Shown here in pieces: positions 26,782 to 37,707 of a stretch of DNA of 43,423 nucleotides. The stretch's first letter is position 1. Every line of letters begins with the position of its first letter. The notes below the pieces were generated by a model. That model made no database searches and had not been told where the DNA came from. It was given only the letters and a program-made list of their open reading frames with translations. Origin of the DNA: an uncultured Mycoplasmatota bacterium (lineage in GTDB: Bacteria > Bacillota_I > Bacilli_A > RF39 > UBA660); NCBI GenBank assembly GCA_947569245.1, contig CANORV010000002.1, positions 1 to 43,423 of the forward strand. The letters run 5' to 3'. A program made the position numbers and the translations under genes.

Positions 26782-26810
26782 ATTTAAAATACCATCAAAT
26801 TATATATACT
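26782..26810 (-). other. Degenerate dif-like site in direct orientation with dif
   Basis: The plus strand reads ATTTAAAATAC-CATCAA-(A)-TTATATATACT, against dif on the plus strand AGTTAACATAA-CATCAA-TTATACGAAGT. The central hexamer is identical, the arms match 8/11 and 7/11, and there is one extra nucleotide. Confidence 0.3.
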
Positions 26811-26995
26811 TAACTATTTTAAATTATTTATTTAAAATTATATATTAAATTTCTCTTTATTATATTATTATATTGAATTATTATTAAGGAAAATTTTTTG
26901 TTTTATACACTTATATTTCCTTTATGCAGGAAAATAATTTAGAAATCTGTATAGTTCTTTAATATTTAAACCAAACTATTATTGAGGTGATTAAT

Positions 26996-27184
26996 TTGAG
27001 TAAAAAGGAATGCAATAAAGATAATATTAACAAGCAAAAAATTGGGTGTGCTGTTGATGCTTGCAAATATAATGATGAAAGTTCTAATTGCTGTACATTA
27101 AAGGAAATAAAAGTCTCTTGTGATTGTGGATGTGCAGATTGCAAAGATGATACTATTTGTTCTAGTTTTGAATGTAAAAAGTAA
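26996..27184 (+). CDS. DUF1540-like cysteine-rich small protein
   Basis: The Cys pattern GCAVDACKYN...CCTLKEIKVSCDCGCADC...TICSSFEC fits DUF1540. The TTG at 26996 is preferred because GAGGTGA lies 5 nt upstream, and the listed GTG start sits inside that RBS. Confidence 0.55.
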   Translation: MSKKECNKDNINKQKIGCAVDACKYNDESSNCCTLKEIKVSCDCGCADCKDDTICSSFECKK

Positions 27185-27224
27185 GCCATAAAATAGAGTA
27201 GAAAAAGTTATATACTATCCTACC

Positions 27225-28385
27225 CTATTTTAATTTTTGTAAAAATGATTCACCAATAATTGGTTTTGGTTGTTCAAAGTTTTCAGCAATTGTTGCAGCA
27301 ATGTCAGCCATAGATTCGAATACTTCTAAACGTTTTGGTTCTAAAAATGATCTACTAAATATTATTACTGGGACGTTTTCTCTGGTATGTTCATCTTTTA
27401 TAGTGAAATCACATCCATGATCTGCTGTGATAATCAATAAATCATCATTATTTAAGTGATTTAACAACATAGGTATCTCTACATCTAATTCTTCAATAAG
27501 TCTTCCATATTCCTCTATATCGTGTTTATGAGCTGCTTCATCAAAATCAGGAAGCGTACAAAGGCATAAACCAGTAAAATTTTTCCCCATTATATCTGAT
27601 AGTTTATTTACTGCCTCATTATTACTTGATGCTTTCATTATTTTACTTATTCCAACACTTGCAACAATATCATTTATTTTTCCAATTGATATAACATTGT
27701 ATTTATTTTCTTTTAATGATGTTAAAACGCTTGGCATTGGTGGATTAACAGCATAGGCTCTCATTTCGTTGGTAAATTTAAAATTTCCTGCTTTTCCATT
27801 AAATGGTCTTGCAATTACTCGTCCAACTTTAAAGTTATTGTCCAAGGTAATTTTTCTTATTGTTTCACAAAAATCGTATAATTTGGCAACTGATATAACA
27901 TCTTCATGGGCTGCTATATTAATATTTGAACCATTTGAAGTATATAAAATTAATGATTTGTTACTTACTTGTCTTTCTCCAAGCTCATTAATTATATCAC
28001 TTCCGATGGCATTTTTATTTCCAATTGTTTCTTTTTTTGTATACTTTTCTATTTCATCGATTAATTCTCTTGGAATACCACTTTGACTAAAATCTTTCAA
28101 ATCGTTTTCACTTTTAATACCAATTAGTTCATAATGTCCAGTGATACTATCTTTTCCTGGATTGGTTGGTCTTGCAATTGTATAATATGCCTCGACTGAT
28201 TGATTTTCGTCCATATTTATAGTATTTAAAAATCCTAGTTTTTGGAGATTAGGAATAAATAAATCATAATTTTCTCGAACGTGTCCAAGGGTATTACATC
28301 CCGTATCGTCATAATTTATTGCATCTACTGCTTCCCCTACTCCTAATGAATCTAAAATAACTAAGAATATTCTTTTAAATTGCAT
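27225..28385 (-). CDS. deoB: Phosphopentomutase
   Basis: N-terminal FKRIFLVILDSLGVGE, a metal-binding core and ITADHGCD near the C-terminus. It lies downstream of xerD, as in Listeria and Bacillus. Confidence 0.9.
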   Translation of the reverse strand: MQFKRIFLVILDSLGVGEAVDAINYDDTGCNTLGHVRENYDLFIPNLQKLGFLNTINMDENQSVEAYYTIARPTNPGKDSITGHYELIGIKSENDLKDFSQSGIPRELIDEIEKYTKKETIGNKNAIGSDIINELGERQVSNKSLILYTSNGSNINIAAHEDVISVAKLYDFCETIRKITLDNNFKVGRVIARPFNGKAGNFKFTNEMRAYAVNPPMPSVLTSLKENKYNVISIGKINDIVASVGISKIMKASSNNEAVNKLSDIMGKNFTGLCLCTLPDFDEAAHKHDIEEYGRLIEELDVEIPMLLNHLNNDDLLIITADHGCDFTIKDEHTRENVPVIIFSRSFLEPKRLEVFESMADIAATIAENFEQPKPIIGESFLQKLK

Positions 28386-28387
28386 AT

Positions 28388-29317
28388 TTACTCTTCCTCT
28401 CTTGGATGATAACTTTTATAATCATCTCGTACTTGCTTATTTGATATATGGGTATATATTCTAGTGGTTGATATATCACTATGTCCTAAAAGTTCTTGTA
28501 TTACACGTAAATTGGCACCGCGTTCTAGCATATGAGTTGCAAATGAATGCCTTAGTGTGTGTGGTGATATATTTTTTTCAATATTTTTCTTTTTTAATTC
28601 AGCCTTTAATATTTTAAAAAAACCTTGTCTGGTCATTTTGTTACCATGATTATTTAAAAATATATGCTCACATCTTCTGTTTTTATCAAGTTTTTCTCTT
28701 GTTTTTAAGTATTCATTTAGTGAATCAATAATGTATTCTCCTATTGGAACAATTCTTTCTTTTTTGCCTTTTCCAGTGCATCTTAATGTACATTCATTAA
28801 AATCTATATCGTGAAACGTTAGGTTTAACATTTCACTTATTCTAAGTCCTGTTCCATATAATAATTCTAACATAGCTTTGTTGCGGTAGTCAAATACACT
28901 TTCACATTCAAAAGATAAAAGTCTATCTACTTCTTCTGTAGTCAATACATCTGGTAGTTGTTTTTTTATTTTTGGTCTTTTAACTGATGATGCTACATCT
29001 TTATCTAAGTACTTAATTTTTAAAAGATATTTATGAAAATTTTTTATAGCGGTAAGTTTATGAGCAATAGAAGTAGTTTTTTCATTGTTATTCTTTAAAT
29101 ATTCCATATACGTAATAATATCCTTAACAGATACATCTTTTAGGTTGCTTATCTTTTTTTTCTGTAAGTATATTAAATATAATTTTAAGTCATTTTCATA
29201 AGAATTTTCTGTGTTTATAGAAAGATTTCTTTCTAAAACTAAGTGATTACAGTAATCTTCTAAAAGCATTTTATAATCAATATTTAAAATTTTAAATTCA
29301 TCAATTTTTGTATTCAT
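28388..29317 (-). CDS. xerD: Site-specific tyrosine recombinase XerD (XerC/D family)
   Basis: Motifs GLRISEMLNL, HTLRHSFATHMLERGANLRVIQELLGH and TRIYTH (catalytic Tyr). The XerD rather than XerC assignment rests on the xerD-deoB linkage. Confidence 0.75.
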   Translation of the reverse strand: MNTKIDEFKILNIDYKMLLEDYCNHLVLERNLSINTENSYENDLKLYLIYLQKKKISNLKDVSVKDIITYMEYLKNNNEKTTSIAHKLTAIKNFHKYLLKIKYLDKDVASSVKRPKIKKQLPDVLTTEEVDRLLSFECESVFDYRNKAMLELLYGTGLRISEMLNLTFHDIDFNECTLRCTGKGKKERIVPIGEYIIDSLNEYLKTREKLDKNRRCEHIFLNNHGNKMTRQGFFKILKAELKKKNIEKNISPHTLRHSFATHMLERGANLRVIQELLGHSDISTTRIYTHISNKQVRDDYKSYHPREEE

Positions 29318-29405
29318 AAAATCACCAATCTATTATTATTATACCATAATTATAGTAATTTATATTCAAATTTGATAAAATATAAAATGATTAGGTGATG
29401 GAATT

Positions 29406-30638
29406 ATGGAAAAATTATTAGCTAGTATTTTGGCACCACAGTGTATTGATGATGTTATAGGTCAAAAACATTTACTTGGTGAAAATAAAATACTAAGAAA
29501 TTTAATAGAAAATAAAAAGTTGTTTTCGATGATTTTGTATGGTAGACCTGGTATTGGAAAAACATCAATTGCTAAAGCTATCGTTAATACACTTAAAATT
29601 AGATATCGTTTTTTAAATGCAACAATTAATAATAAGAAGGATTTTGATGTTGTTGTCGAGGAAGCTAAAATGTATGATGGTATTGTTTTAATAATGGATG
29701 AAATTCATAGATTAAATAAAGATAAACAGGATTTACTTTTGCCAGCATTAGAAAGTGGATTAATAACTTTGATTGGTATGACAACTGCTAATCCTTTTCA
29801 TGCAATTAATCCTGCTATTAGAAGTAGATGTCAGTTATTTGAATTGCATGAATTGGATGATGATGACATTATGGAAGGTTTGAAAAGAGCAGTTCAAAAT
29901 GATACTCTTGATGGTATTATTGTCGATGATGGCTGTTTAGAATACATTACTAAACTTTCAGCAAATGATTTAAGATTTGCTTATAATCTTTTAGAAGTAG
30001 CTTTTTACTCTACTAAAGATAAGCATATAACAATGGATGTTTTAACAAGCATTAATAATAAACCTGCATTTTTTCATGATAAAGATGGTGATGGTTATTA
30101 TGATGTACTTAGTGCTTTTCAAAAATCTATTAGAGGAAGTGATGTAAATGCTTCTTTACATTATTTAGCCAGGTTAATTGTTAGTGGTGATTTGGAGAGT
30201 ATTTTTAGAAGAATGGCAGTAATTGCCTATGAAGATATTGGTCTTGCTAATCCATCTATTGGACCGAAAGTTATGGCAGCAATTGAAGCTTGTCGTTTAA
30301 CAGGATTACCAGAAGCTCGAATTCCTCTTGGGACAATTGTTGTTGAGATGGCTTTATCTCCTAAATCAAATACTGCACATATTGCCTTAGATGAAGCTAT
30401 TAGAGATGTTGAAACTGGTAGATGTGGTGCTATTCCTGAATATTTAAGAGGTGGTGGAACAAGTGATTATAAATATCCCCATGATTATAAAGGAAGTTAT
30501 ATTCCTCAGCAATATCTCCCAGATAATTTGAAACATAAAAAGTATTATAATCCTAAAAATGAGTCAAAATTTGAATGTAGTCTTTATAATATAGATAAAT
30601 ATTTGGATAAAATAAAAAAGGATAATAATGTCATGTAA
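29406..30638 (+). CDS. rarA: Replication-associated recombination protein A (RarA/MgsA AAA+ ATPase)
   Basis: Walker A YGRPGIGKTSIA, Walker B LIMDEIHR, and the MgsA C-domain YYDVLSAFQKSIRGSD...AYEDIGLANP. Confidence 0.92.
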   Translation: MEKLLASILAPQCIDDVIGQKHLLGENKILRNLIENKKLFSMILYGRPGIGKTSIAKAIVNTLKIRYRFLNATINNKKDFDVVVEEAKMYDGIVLIMDEIHRLNKDKQDLLLPALESGLITLIGMTTANPFHAINPAIRSRCQLFELHELDDDDIMEGLKRAVQNDTLDGIIVDDGCLEYITKLSANDLRFAYNLLEVAFYSTKDKHITMDVLTSINNKPAFFHDKDGDGYYDVLSAFQKSIRGSDVNASLHYLARLIVSGDLESIFRRMAVIAYEDIGLANPSIGPKVMAAIEACRLTGLPEARIPLGTIVVEMALSPKSNTAHIALDEAIRDVETGRCGAIPEYLRGGGTSDYKYPHDYKGSYIPQQYLPDNLKHKKYYNPKNESKFECSLYNIDKYLDKIKKDNNVM

Positions 30639-30688
30639 AAAAGATTTGTGAAAATCATTCAATATAAATGAAAACACAAATCTTTTTA
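30637..30688. terminator. Bidirectional terminator between the convergent rarA and dnaJ genes
   Basis: Stem AAAGATTTGTG / CACAAATCTTT with an inner TCATT/AATGA stem. A-run on the 5' side and T-run on the 3' side. Confidence 0.65.
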
Positions 30689-30692
30689 TTTA

Positions 30693-31826
30693 TTAATTAT
30701 TTTCCTTTGTAAATTTTTCAAACTTGCTTAATTCACCTGTTTTTAAATCCGTTTTATTTAATTCTTCAATTAATTTCTTTTGTTGTCTATCTAATTTATT
30801 TGGTATTACAACTTTCAATACAATATACATATCTCCAACTTTTTTATTGGTTTTATTGTTGACACCTTTTCCTTTGATTCGGTGTTTATCTCCACCTTCA
30901 CTTCCAGCTGGTATGGTTAATTTTACATTTCCATATAGTGTAGGTATTTCTTTTTTAGTTCCTAATATTGCTTCTGTAATTGTAATTGGCACTTCTAAAT
31001 AAATATCGTCTTCTAATCTTTCGAAGAATTCATGCTCTTTAATTATAAATTCAATATATAAATCACCATTTGGTCCACCGTAATAACCACAGGCACCTTT
31101 ACCTGCAATACGTAGTCTGCTTGATTCATCGACTCCAGCTGGTACAGTAACCTCAATTTTTTTATGTTCTCTTACACGCCCTTCACCACGACATTTTTTA
31201 CATGTTGTCGAATAAATTTTTCCCTTTCCAGAACATTTTGGACATGTTGTTTTAGTTAAGAAAGTTCCTAACATAGTATGTTGTTCAGAGGTAATAGTTC
31301 CACTACCATGACATTTATCACAGGTTTCTTCACCATGCCCTCCTGCTCCATCACATTCACTACATTCTTCCATAACATCTAGTTCTAAATCTTTTTTTAC
31401 TCCAAAGATACTTTCTAAAAAAGTTAATTTCATTCTTACTAGAGAGTCGTTTCCCTTTTGAGGTCTTTTTTTACCACCTGCTGCCGATCTAGAACCAAAT
31501 CCCATTCCTCCAAATATATTATCAAATATATCTGTATAATCGAAATCACCAAAATCAAAACCAGAGAAGCCACCACCAAATGGATTTGAGCCACCAGCTC
31601 CACCTTGGAAAGCAGCATGGCCAAATTGATCATATTGACGACGTTTATCTTCGTCTGATAAAACGGAATATGCTTCTTGAACTTCTTTGAACTTAGCTTC
31701 GGCATCTTTTTCTTTACAGACATCTGGATGATATTGTTTAGCTAATCTTCTAAAGGCACTTTTAATATCTGCTTGACTAGCACTTTTGTCGACTCCTAAG
31801 ACTTCGTAATAATCTTTTTTGTTCAT
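30693..31826 (-). CDS. dnaJ: Molecular chaperone DnaJ
   Basis: J-domain DYYEVLGV...YHPD, a G/F-rich linker and four CxxCxGxG zinc-finger repeats (CSECDGAG, CDKCHGSG, CPKCSGKG, CKKCRGEG). Confidence 0.97.
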   Translation of the reverse strand: MNKKDYYEVLGVDKSASQADIKSAFRRLAKQYHPDVCKEKDAEAKFKEVQEAYSVLSDEDKRRQYDQFGHAAFQGGAGGSNPFGGGFSGFDFGDFDYTDIFDNIFGGMGFGSRSAAGGKKRPQKGNDSLVRMKLTFLESIFGVKKDLELDVMEECSECDGAGGHGEETCDKCHGSGTITSEQHTMLGTFLTKTTCPKCSGKGKIYSTTCKKCRGEGRVREHKKIEVTVPAGVDESSRLRIAGKGACGYYGGPNGDLYIEFIIKEHEFFERLEDDIYLEVPITITEAILGTKKEIPTLYGNVKLTIPAGSEGGDKHRIKGKGVNNKTNKKVGDMYIVLKVVIPNKLDRQQKKLIEELNKTDLKTGELSKFEKFTKENN

Positions 31827-31873
31827 GCTCTATATTCTTCCTTTCTAAATATATTTTACAGTTTATACACGAG

Positions 31874-31897
31874 AAAGTTCTAGTTACCTAGAACTTT
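31874..31897 (-). terminator. Intra-operon hairpin between dnaK and dnaJ (attenuator or processing site)
   Basis: Perfect 10-bp stem AAAGTTCTAG / CTAGAACTTT with a 4-nt loop. The U-tail on the minus strand is poor, so termination is likely partial. Confidence 0.45.
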
Positions 31898-31910
31898 TGA
31901 TTGTGTAGTA

Positions 31911-34383
<2,473 letters not shown>

Positions 34384-34394
34384 GATATCTCCTT

Positions 34395-35405
34395 CTAATT
34401 TTCCAAGTTAGATTTTATGTATTCTAAGAGGCTAACAACACGATCATAGTCCATTCTTTTTGGACCAACTATTGCTATTGTTCCTTCTTCTTTGCTAGTA
34501 TGATATTTGGTTTTTACAATAGTCATATCATCATCGATATTAGATTCTTTTCCAATGTAAACTTTTATGTTCTTATTGTTTTCTTCAATGTCTTCGATAT
34601 CTTCGATGTAGTCTATTTTCTTCATAATATCTTCTTCATCTAACTTAGTGAAAATGTTTTTAACTTTATCAATATTATTAAATTCTGGTTGCTTTAAAAT
34701 ATTATTTTTGCCTACAATATTGACATTTTTACTCGAAAAGTCTTTAAATACGTTATAAATTGTATTATAAACTATTTCGTGTTCTTTGACATACCTACCA
34801 ATAATTGGCTTTATTTCATATTCTAATTTACTACTTATTTCATCAATTGGTGTTCCTACTATTAATTCATTTATTAATGAAATAATCTTTTTTATTTCAT
34901 CTAATGAAACATTTTCAAATTCAATTGTTTTGTGTTCCACGTGTCCTTTATCAGTTACGACGATAATAATCATTTGTTTATTGTCTATTGGAACAACATT
35001 AATTTCTTTTAGTCTATTCTCATGTGATGCATTTCCAAGGACAATTGTTGTATAATTTGTCATGTCAGCAATAAGTTGAAGACTTTTGGTTATACAATCA
35101 GATAATTGTAATTGTTGATTGTTAAAAATGATTTGTAATTTTAACATATCTTCTCCACTTATTTCCTTTGGATTCATTAAATTATCAACATAGTAACGGT
35201 ATCCTTGTTCACTTGGAATTCTTCCTGATGAAGTATGTGTCTTTTCTAATAAACCAATCTCTTCTAAGGTTGCCATTTCACTTCTTACTGTAGCACTAGA
35301 ACATTTTAGTGTTTTACATATCAATTTTGAGCTTACTGGTTTGGCAGACTTTATATGCTCACCTACTATTAACTTAAGCAATTTTTTCTGTCTTTCTGTA
35401 AGCAT
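34395..35405 (-). CDS. hrcA: Heat-inducible transcription repressor HrcA
   Basis: Winged-helix N-terminus MLTERQKKLLKLIV...SSATVRSEMATLEEIGLLEKTHTSSGRIPS. The ATG at 35405 is preferred because AGGAGGTG lies 7 nt upstream. CIRCE operators lie upstream. Confidence 0.93.
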   Translation of the reverse strand: MLTERQKKLLKLIVGEHIKSAKPVSSKLICKTLKCSSATVRSEMATLEEIGLLEKTHTSSGRIPSEQGYRYYVDNLMNPKEISGEDMLKLQIIFNNQQLQLSDCITKSLQLIADMTNYTTIVLGNASHENRLKEINVVPIDNKQMIIIVVTDKGHVEHKTIEFENVSLDEIKKIISLINELIVGTPIDEISSKLEYEIKPIIGRYVKEHEIVYNTIYNVFKDFSSKNVNIVGKNNILKQPEFNNIDKVKNIFTKLDEEDIMKKIDYIEDIEDIEENNKNIKVYIGKESNIDDDMTIVKTKYHTSKEEGTIAIVGPKRMDYDRVVSLLEYIKSNLEN

Positions 35406-35420
35406 TTTGACAGCACCTCC

Positions 35421-35447
35421 TAGCACTTCTTTTTCTCAAGTGCTAAC
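35421..35447 (-). promoter_or_regulatory. CIRCE operator 2 (HrcA binding site), downstream of the -10 box
   Basis: The minus strand reads TTAGCACTT-N9-AAGTGCTAG, against the consensus TTAGCACTC-N9-GAGTGCTAA. Confidence 0.8.
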
Positions 35448-35451
35448 ATAA

Positions 35452-35479
35452 TTATATGCATTTAATTAGCACTTGTCAA
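35452..35479 (-). promoter_or_regulatory. sigma-A promoter of the hrcA-grpE-dnaK-dnaJ operon
   Basis: On the minus strand: TTGACA (35474-35479), 16-nt spacer, TATAAT (35452-35457). Confidence 0.75.
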
Positions 35480-35493
35480 CTATAAAGTGCTAA
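35466..35493 (-). promoter_or_regulatory. CIRCE operator 1, overlapping the -35 box
   Basis: Perfect 9-bp arms TTAGCACTT / AAGTGCTAA separated by 10 nt (the canonical spacer is 9). The TTGACA -35 box lies at the arm/spacer junction of the element. Confidence 0.7.
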
Positions 35494-35509
35494 TTTTTAA
35501 AAATTTTAA

Positions 35510-35540
35510 GAAAAAAGTAAGTTTTGTTGGACTTACCTTT
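35510..35540 (-). terminator. Rho-independent terminator after the pilin-like gene
   Basis: The minus strand reads AAGGTAAGT-loop-ACTTACTTTTTT. Confidence 0.6.
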
Positions 35541-35566
35541 TGAATATTATTATCATTTGTGTTTTT

Positions 35567-36298
35567 TTAAGCTATTCTCATCCACAAATCAACGCTTTGT
35601 TTAATAGGAATACTAACATCAGGTCCTGGAATTCCTGTTAGTGTAGTGCTATCCTCTGGCATTCTACAGGGATTAGGCCAACATTGGTATGATCCAATTG
35701 CATAATAATATGCAGGGTGTCCAATGCTTCCATTTAAGGCAGTTTGATTACTCGTTGATTTAGCTAAACCACCCCAATAGTGATCTTTCCAAGAAACCTT
35801 AATTTCTCTGTAATCGGGAACAACTGCATTAAAATCTCCATCGGGAATAATTGTTGTCCATGGATTTGATGATTGATACCACCAATTATATCCAGAAATT
35901 TCTGGATATTCTAAGAGAAACTCATATTTTGTTGCTGGAAGTGTTATAGCAATTTCGTCAAGGTATCCTAAAACACTTTGTTTGTTTGGCATATTTACTT
36001 TGGCAACCTCTTCTTCATTTAAAAACATATTGGTTTGAAGACCATTACTTGTATTATGATGAAATACTCTAACCCATGTACAGCCATATGCTTTTTTTAC
36101 TGGCAACTTTATTCCTTCTATTATCATACTTCGTTTATTGTTGTTTAGTTCATCTTTAATGCTGTCAACTAAGTCATCTTGATTTTTTTTAACACCTGAC
36201 ATTATGCCTAGAATTAAAGCTAAAGTCATAGTAATTAGTGCTATTATTGAATATAAAACGGTAGTAACTGCAAAAGCTTTATTATTTAATTTTATCAT
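35567..36298 (-). CDS. Atypical pilin-like / minor-pseudopilin-like secreted protein with an aromatic-rich C-terminal domain
   Basis: The N-terminus MIKLNNKA|FAVTTVLYSIIALITMTLALILG resembles a class III signal, but has Ala at -1 and no Glu at +5. The C-terminal domain is Trp/Tyr/Pro-rich with 4 Cys and belongs to no family I recognise. Confidence 0.45.
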   Translation of the reverse strand: MIKLNNKAFAVTTVLYSIIALITMTLALILGIMSGVKKNQDDLVDSIKDELNNNKRSMIIEGIKLPVKKAYGCTWVRVFHHNTSNGLQTNMFLNEEEVAKVNMPNKQSVLGYLDEIAITLPATKYEFLLEYPEISGYNWWYQSSNPWTTIIPDGDFNAVVPDYREIKVSWKDHYWGGLAKSTSNQTALNGSIGHPAYYYAIGSYQCWPNPCRMPEDSTTLTGIPGPDVSIPIKQSVDLWMRIA

Positions 36299-36349
36299 AC
36301 TATCACCTATTATAGATTATATAATAAATGATAAAAGAAGTAAACTTTT

Positions 36350-36907
36350 TTACTTTCTTTTATATATCTTTATAAATTTATATCCGTATTTTTTTGATTT
36401 ATATTCTATTATATTTGAAAAATCCTTAGTAAAATTGTCAGTTTCATATTCCACTACTATTAATCCATTTTCCATAAGTAAATTAAATTTATCAATATAT
36501 TCTAAAATATCGAGTATGTAATTTGTCTTATATGGTGGATCTATAAATATTATATTAAATTTGATATTATTTTCTTTAAAATTAATGAGAGCTGATTTAT
36601 AATCTAGTTTTAATACTTTAGAAATTTTGTCTTTATCATTTTGACATATAGTAAGTAAGTTTTCGTTTATAATATTAATTGCTTTATTACTATTATCAAC
36701 AAAATAGCAAAAAGAGGCATTATTACTTAGGCTTTCTATTCCTAGGTTACCACTTCCAGCAAAAAGATCTAGGCAAATACTTTCATTTAAGTAAGTTTGA
36801 ATCATAGAAAAAAGAGATTCTTTTACCCTATCTTGTGTTGGTCTAGTTCCATTTATATTATATCCTTTTATATTTCTTCCTTTATATTTACCACTAATTA
36901 CTCTCAT
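36350..36907 (-). CDS. rsmD: 16S rRNA (guanine966-N2)-methyltransferase RsmD
   Basis: Motifs MRVISGKYKGR...TRPTQDRVKESLF, DLFAGSGNLGIESL and IFIDPPY. Confidence 0.9.
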   Translation of the reverse strand: MRVISGKYKGRNIKGYNINGTRPTQDRVKESLFSMIQTYLNESICLDLFAGSGNLGIESLSNNASFCYFVDNSNKAINIINENLLTICQNDKDKISKVLKLDYKSALINFKENNIKFNIIFIDPPYKTNYILDILEYIDKFNLLMENGLIVVEYETDNFTKDFSNIIEYKSKKYGYKFIKIYKRK

Positions 36908-37001
36908 TTTATTATGTAGTCAGTCATTAATGTTTAGCTGATTGACAATTCCTTTCTATTTATTTGTTTGCAGTTATATATTTTTATTATAAAAATGTTT
37001 A

Positions 37002-37295
37002 TTAAATATTATTTTTTACTAATGTTTTTAATTTTTGATTTATTTTACATACTAATAAAAAAATTTTATTTTCTAATTTTATATATTTTTGAACATCTTT
37101 ATCTAATAGGTAATCTTTTTTTAATTTTTGATAATTTGGGTCATAAATATTAACTATTTCATCTAATTGTTTTTTTATTGATAAAAGTTTATCATTTTTC
37201 ATAATTTTCTGTTTTTCATTTTCTAATTCCTTAAATAGAGAACTATTTTTAAAAATCGTTTCTAGTTCGGTTAATTTATGATTTAATTCTTCCAT
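37002..37295 (-). CDS. ylbF: YlbF/YmcA-like (UPF0342) regulatory protein, short form
   Basis: Helical 97-aa protein with a loose match to the YlbF/YheA pattern (...DKDVQKYIKLENKIFLLVCKINQKL). Its position between ylbE-like and rsmD matches Bacillus gene order. Confidence 0.4.
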   Translation of the reverse strand: MEELNHKLTELETIFKNSSLFKELENEKQKIMKNDKLLSIKKQLDEIVNIYDPNYQKLKKDYLLDKDVQKYIKLENKIFLLVCKINQKLKTLVKNNI

Positions 37296-37485
37296 AATAA
37301 TACCTCTAAACTATTATATTTACTAGTTTTTATTAATTAATAATTCCTTTTTTTATTTTATTATAGCATAATATATATTAAATTAATATATTAATTTAGT
37401 TGTGGCTATAAAACTCTAATATAAATAAAAAGCAAGATTTATTAGTTAATACGCTAGTAATAATTAATTAATCTTGTTTTAAATT

Positions 37486-37707
37486 TTACCTCATTATCTC
37501 CATAAAAGTTCTAATGAGTTCTATTTTTCTTTCTAATTCTTGCATCTTGTCTTTTGGTGTTATTTTGTAATACTCTTTCATTTTCTCTTCCATTTGTTTT
37601 ATACTTTCTGGGTTTCTATTTAATTCTTTGTACCAGTAGGAATTTTCCCTTAAAAAACGATATAGATTCGGATTATTTTTGATGGCAAATTGGGTAGCTA
37701 AATCCAT
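37486..37707 (-). CDS. ylbE: YlbE-like protein
   Basis: 73 aa. The segment NPNLYRFLRENSYWYKELNRNPES resembles the YlbE family. The start overlaps the ylbD-like stop (TAATG). Confidence 0.55.
   Translation of the reverse strand: MDLATQFAIKNNPNLYRFLRENSYWYKELNRNPESIKQMEEKMKEYYKITPKDKMQELERKIELIRTFMEIMR

Noticed and set aside
36968-37153. Plus-strand 61-aa ORF overlapping the ylbF-like gene
   Set aside because: Phe/Leu/Ile-only composition, antisense to a gene supported by synteny, and no RBS.
37379-37398. Perfect 20-bp palindrome TAAATTAATATATTAATTTA in the ylbE-ylbF spacer
   Set aside because: It consists only of A and T, and a palindrome of this length is not clearly unexpected in about 43 kb of roughly 70% AT DNA. 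There is no associated regulator or repeated copy.
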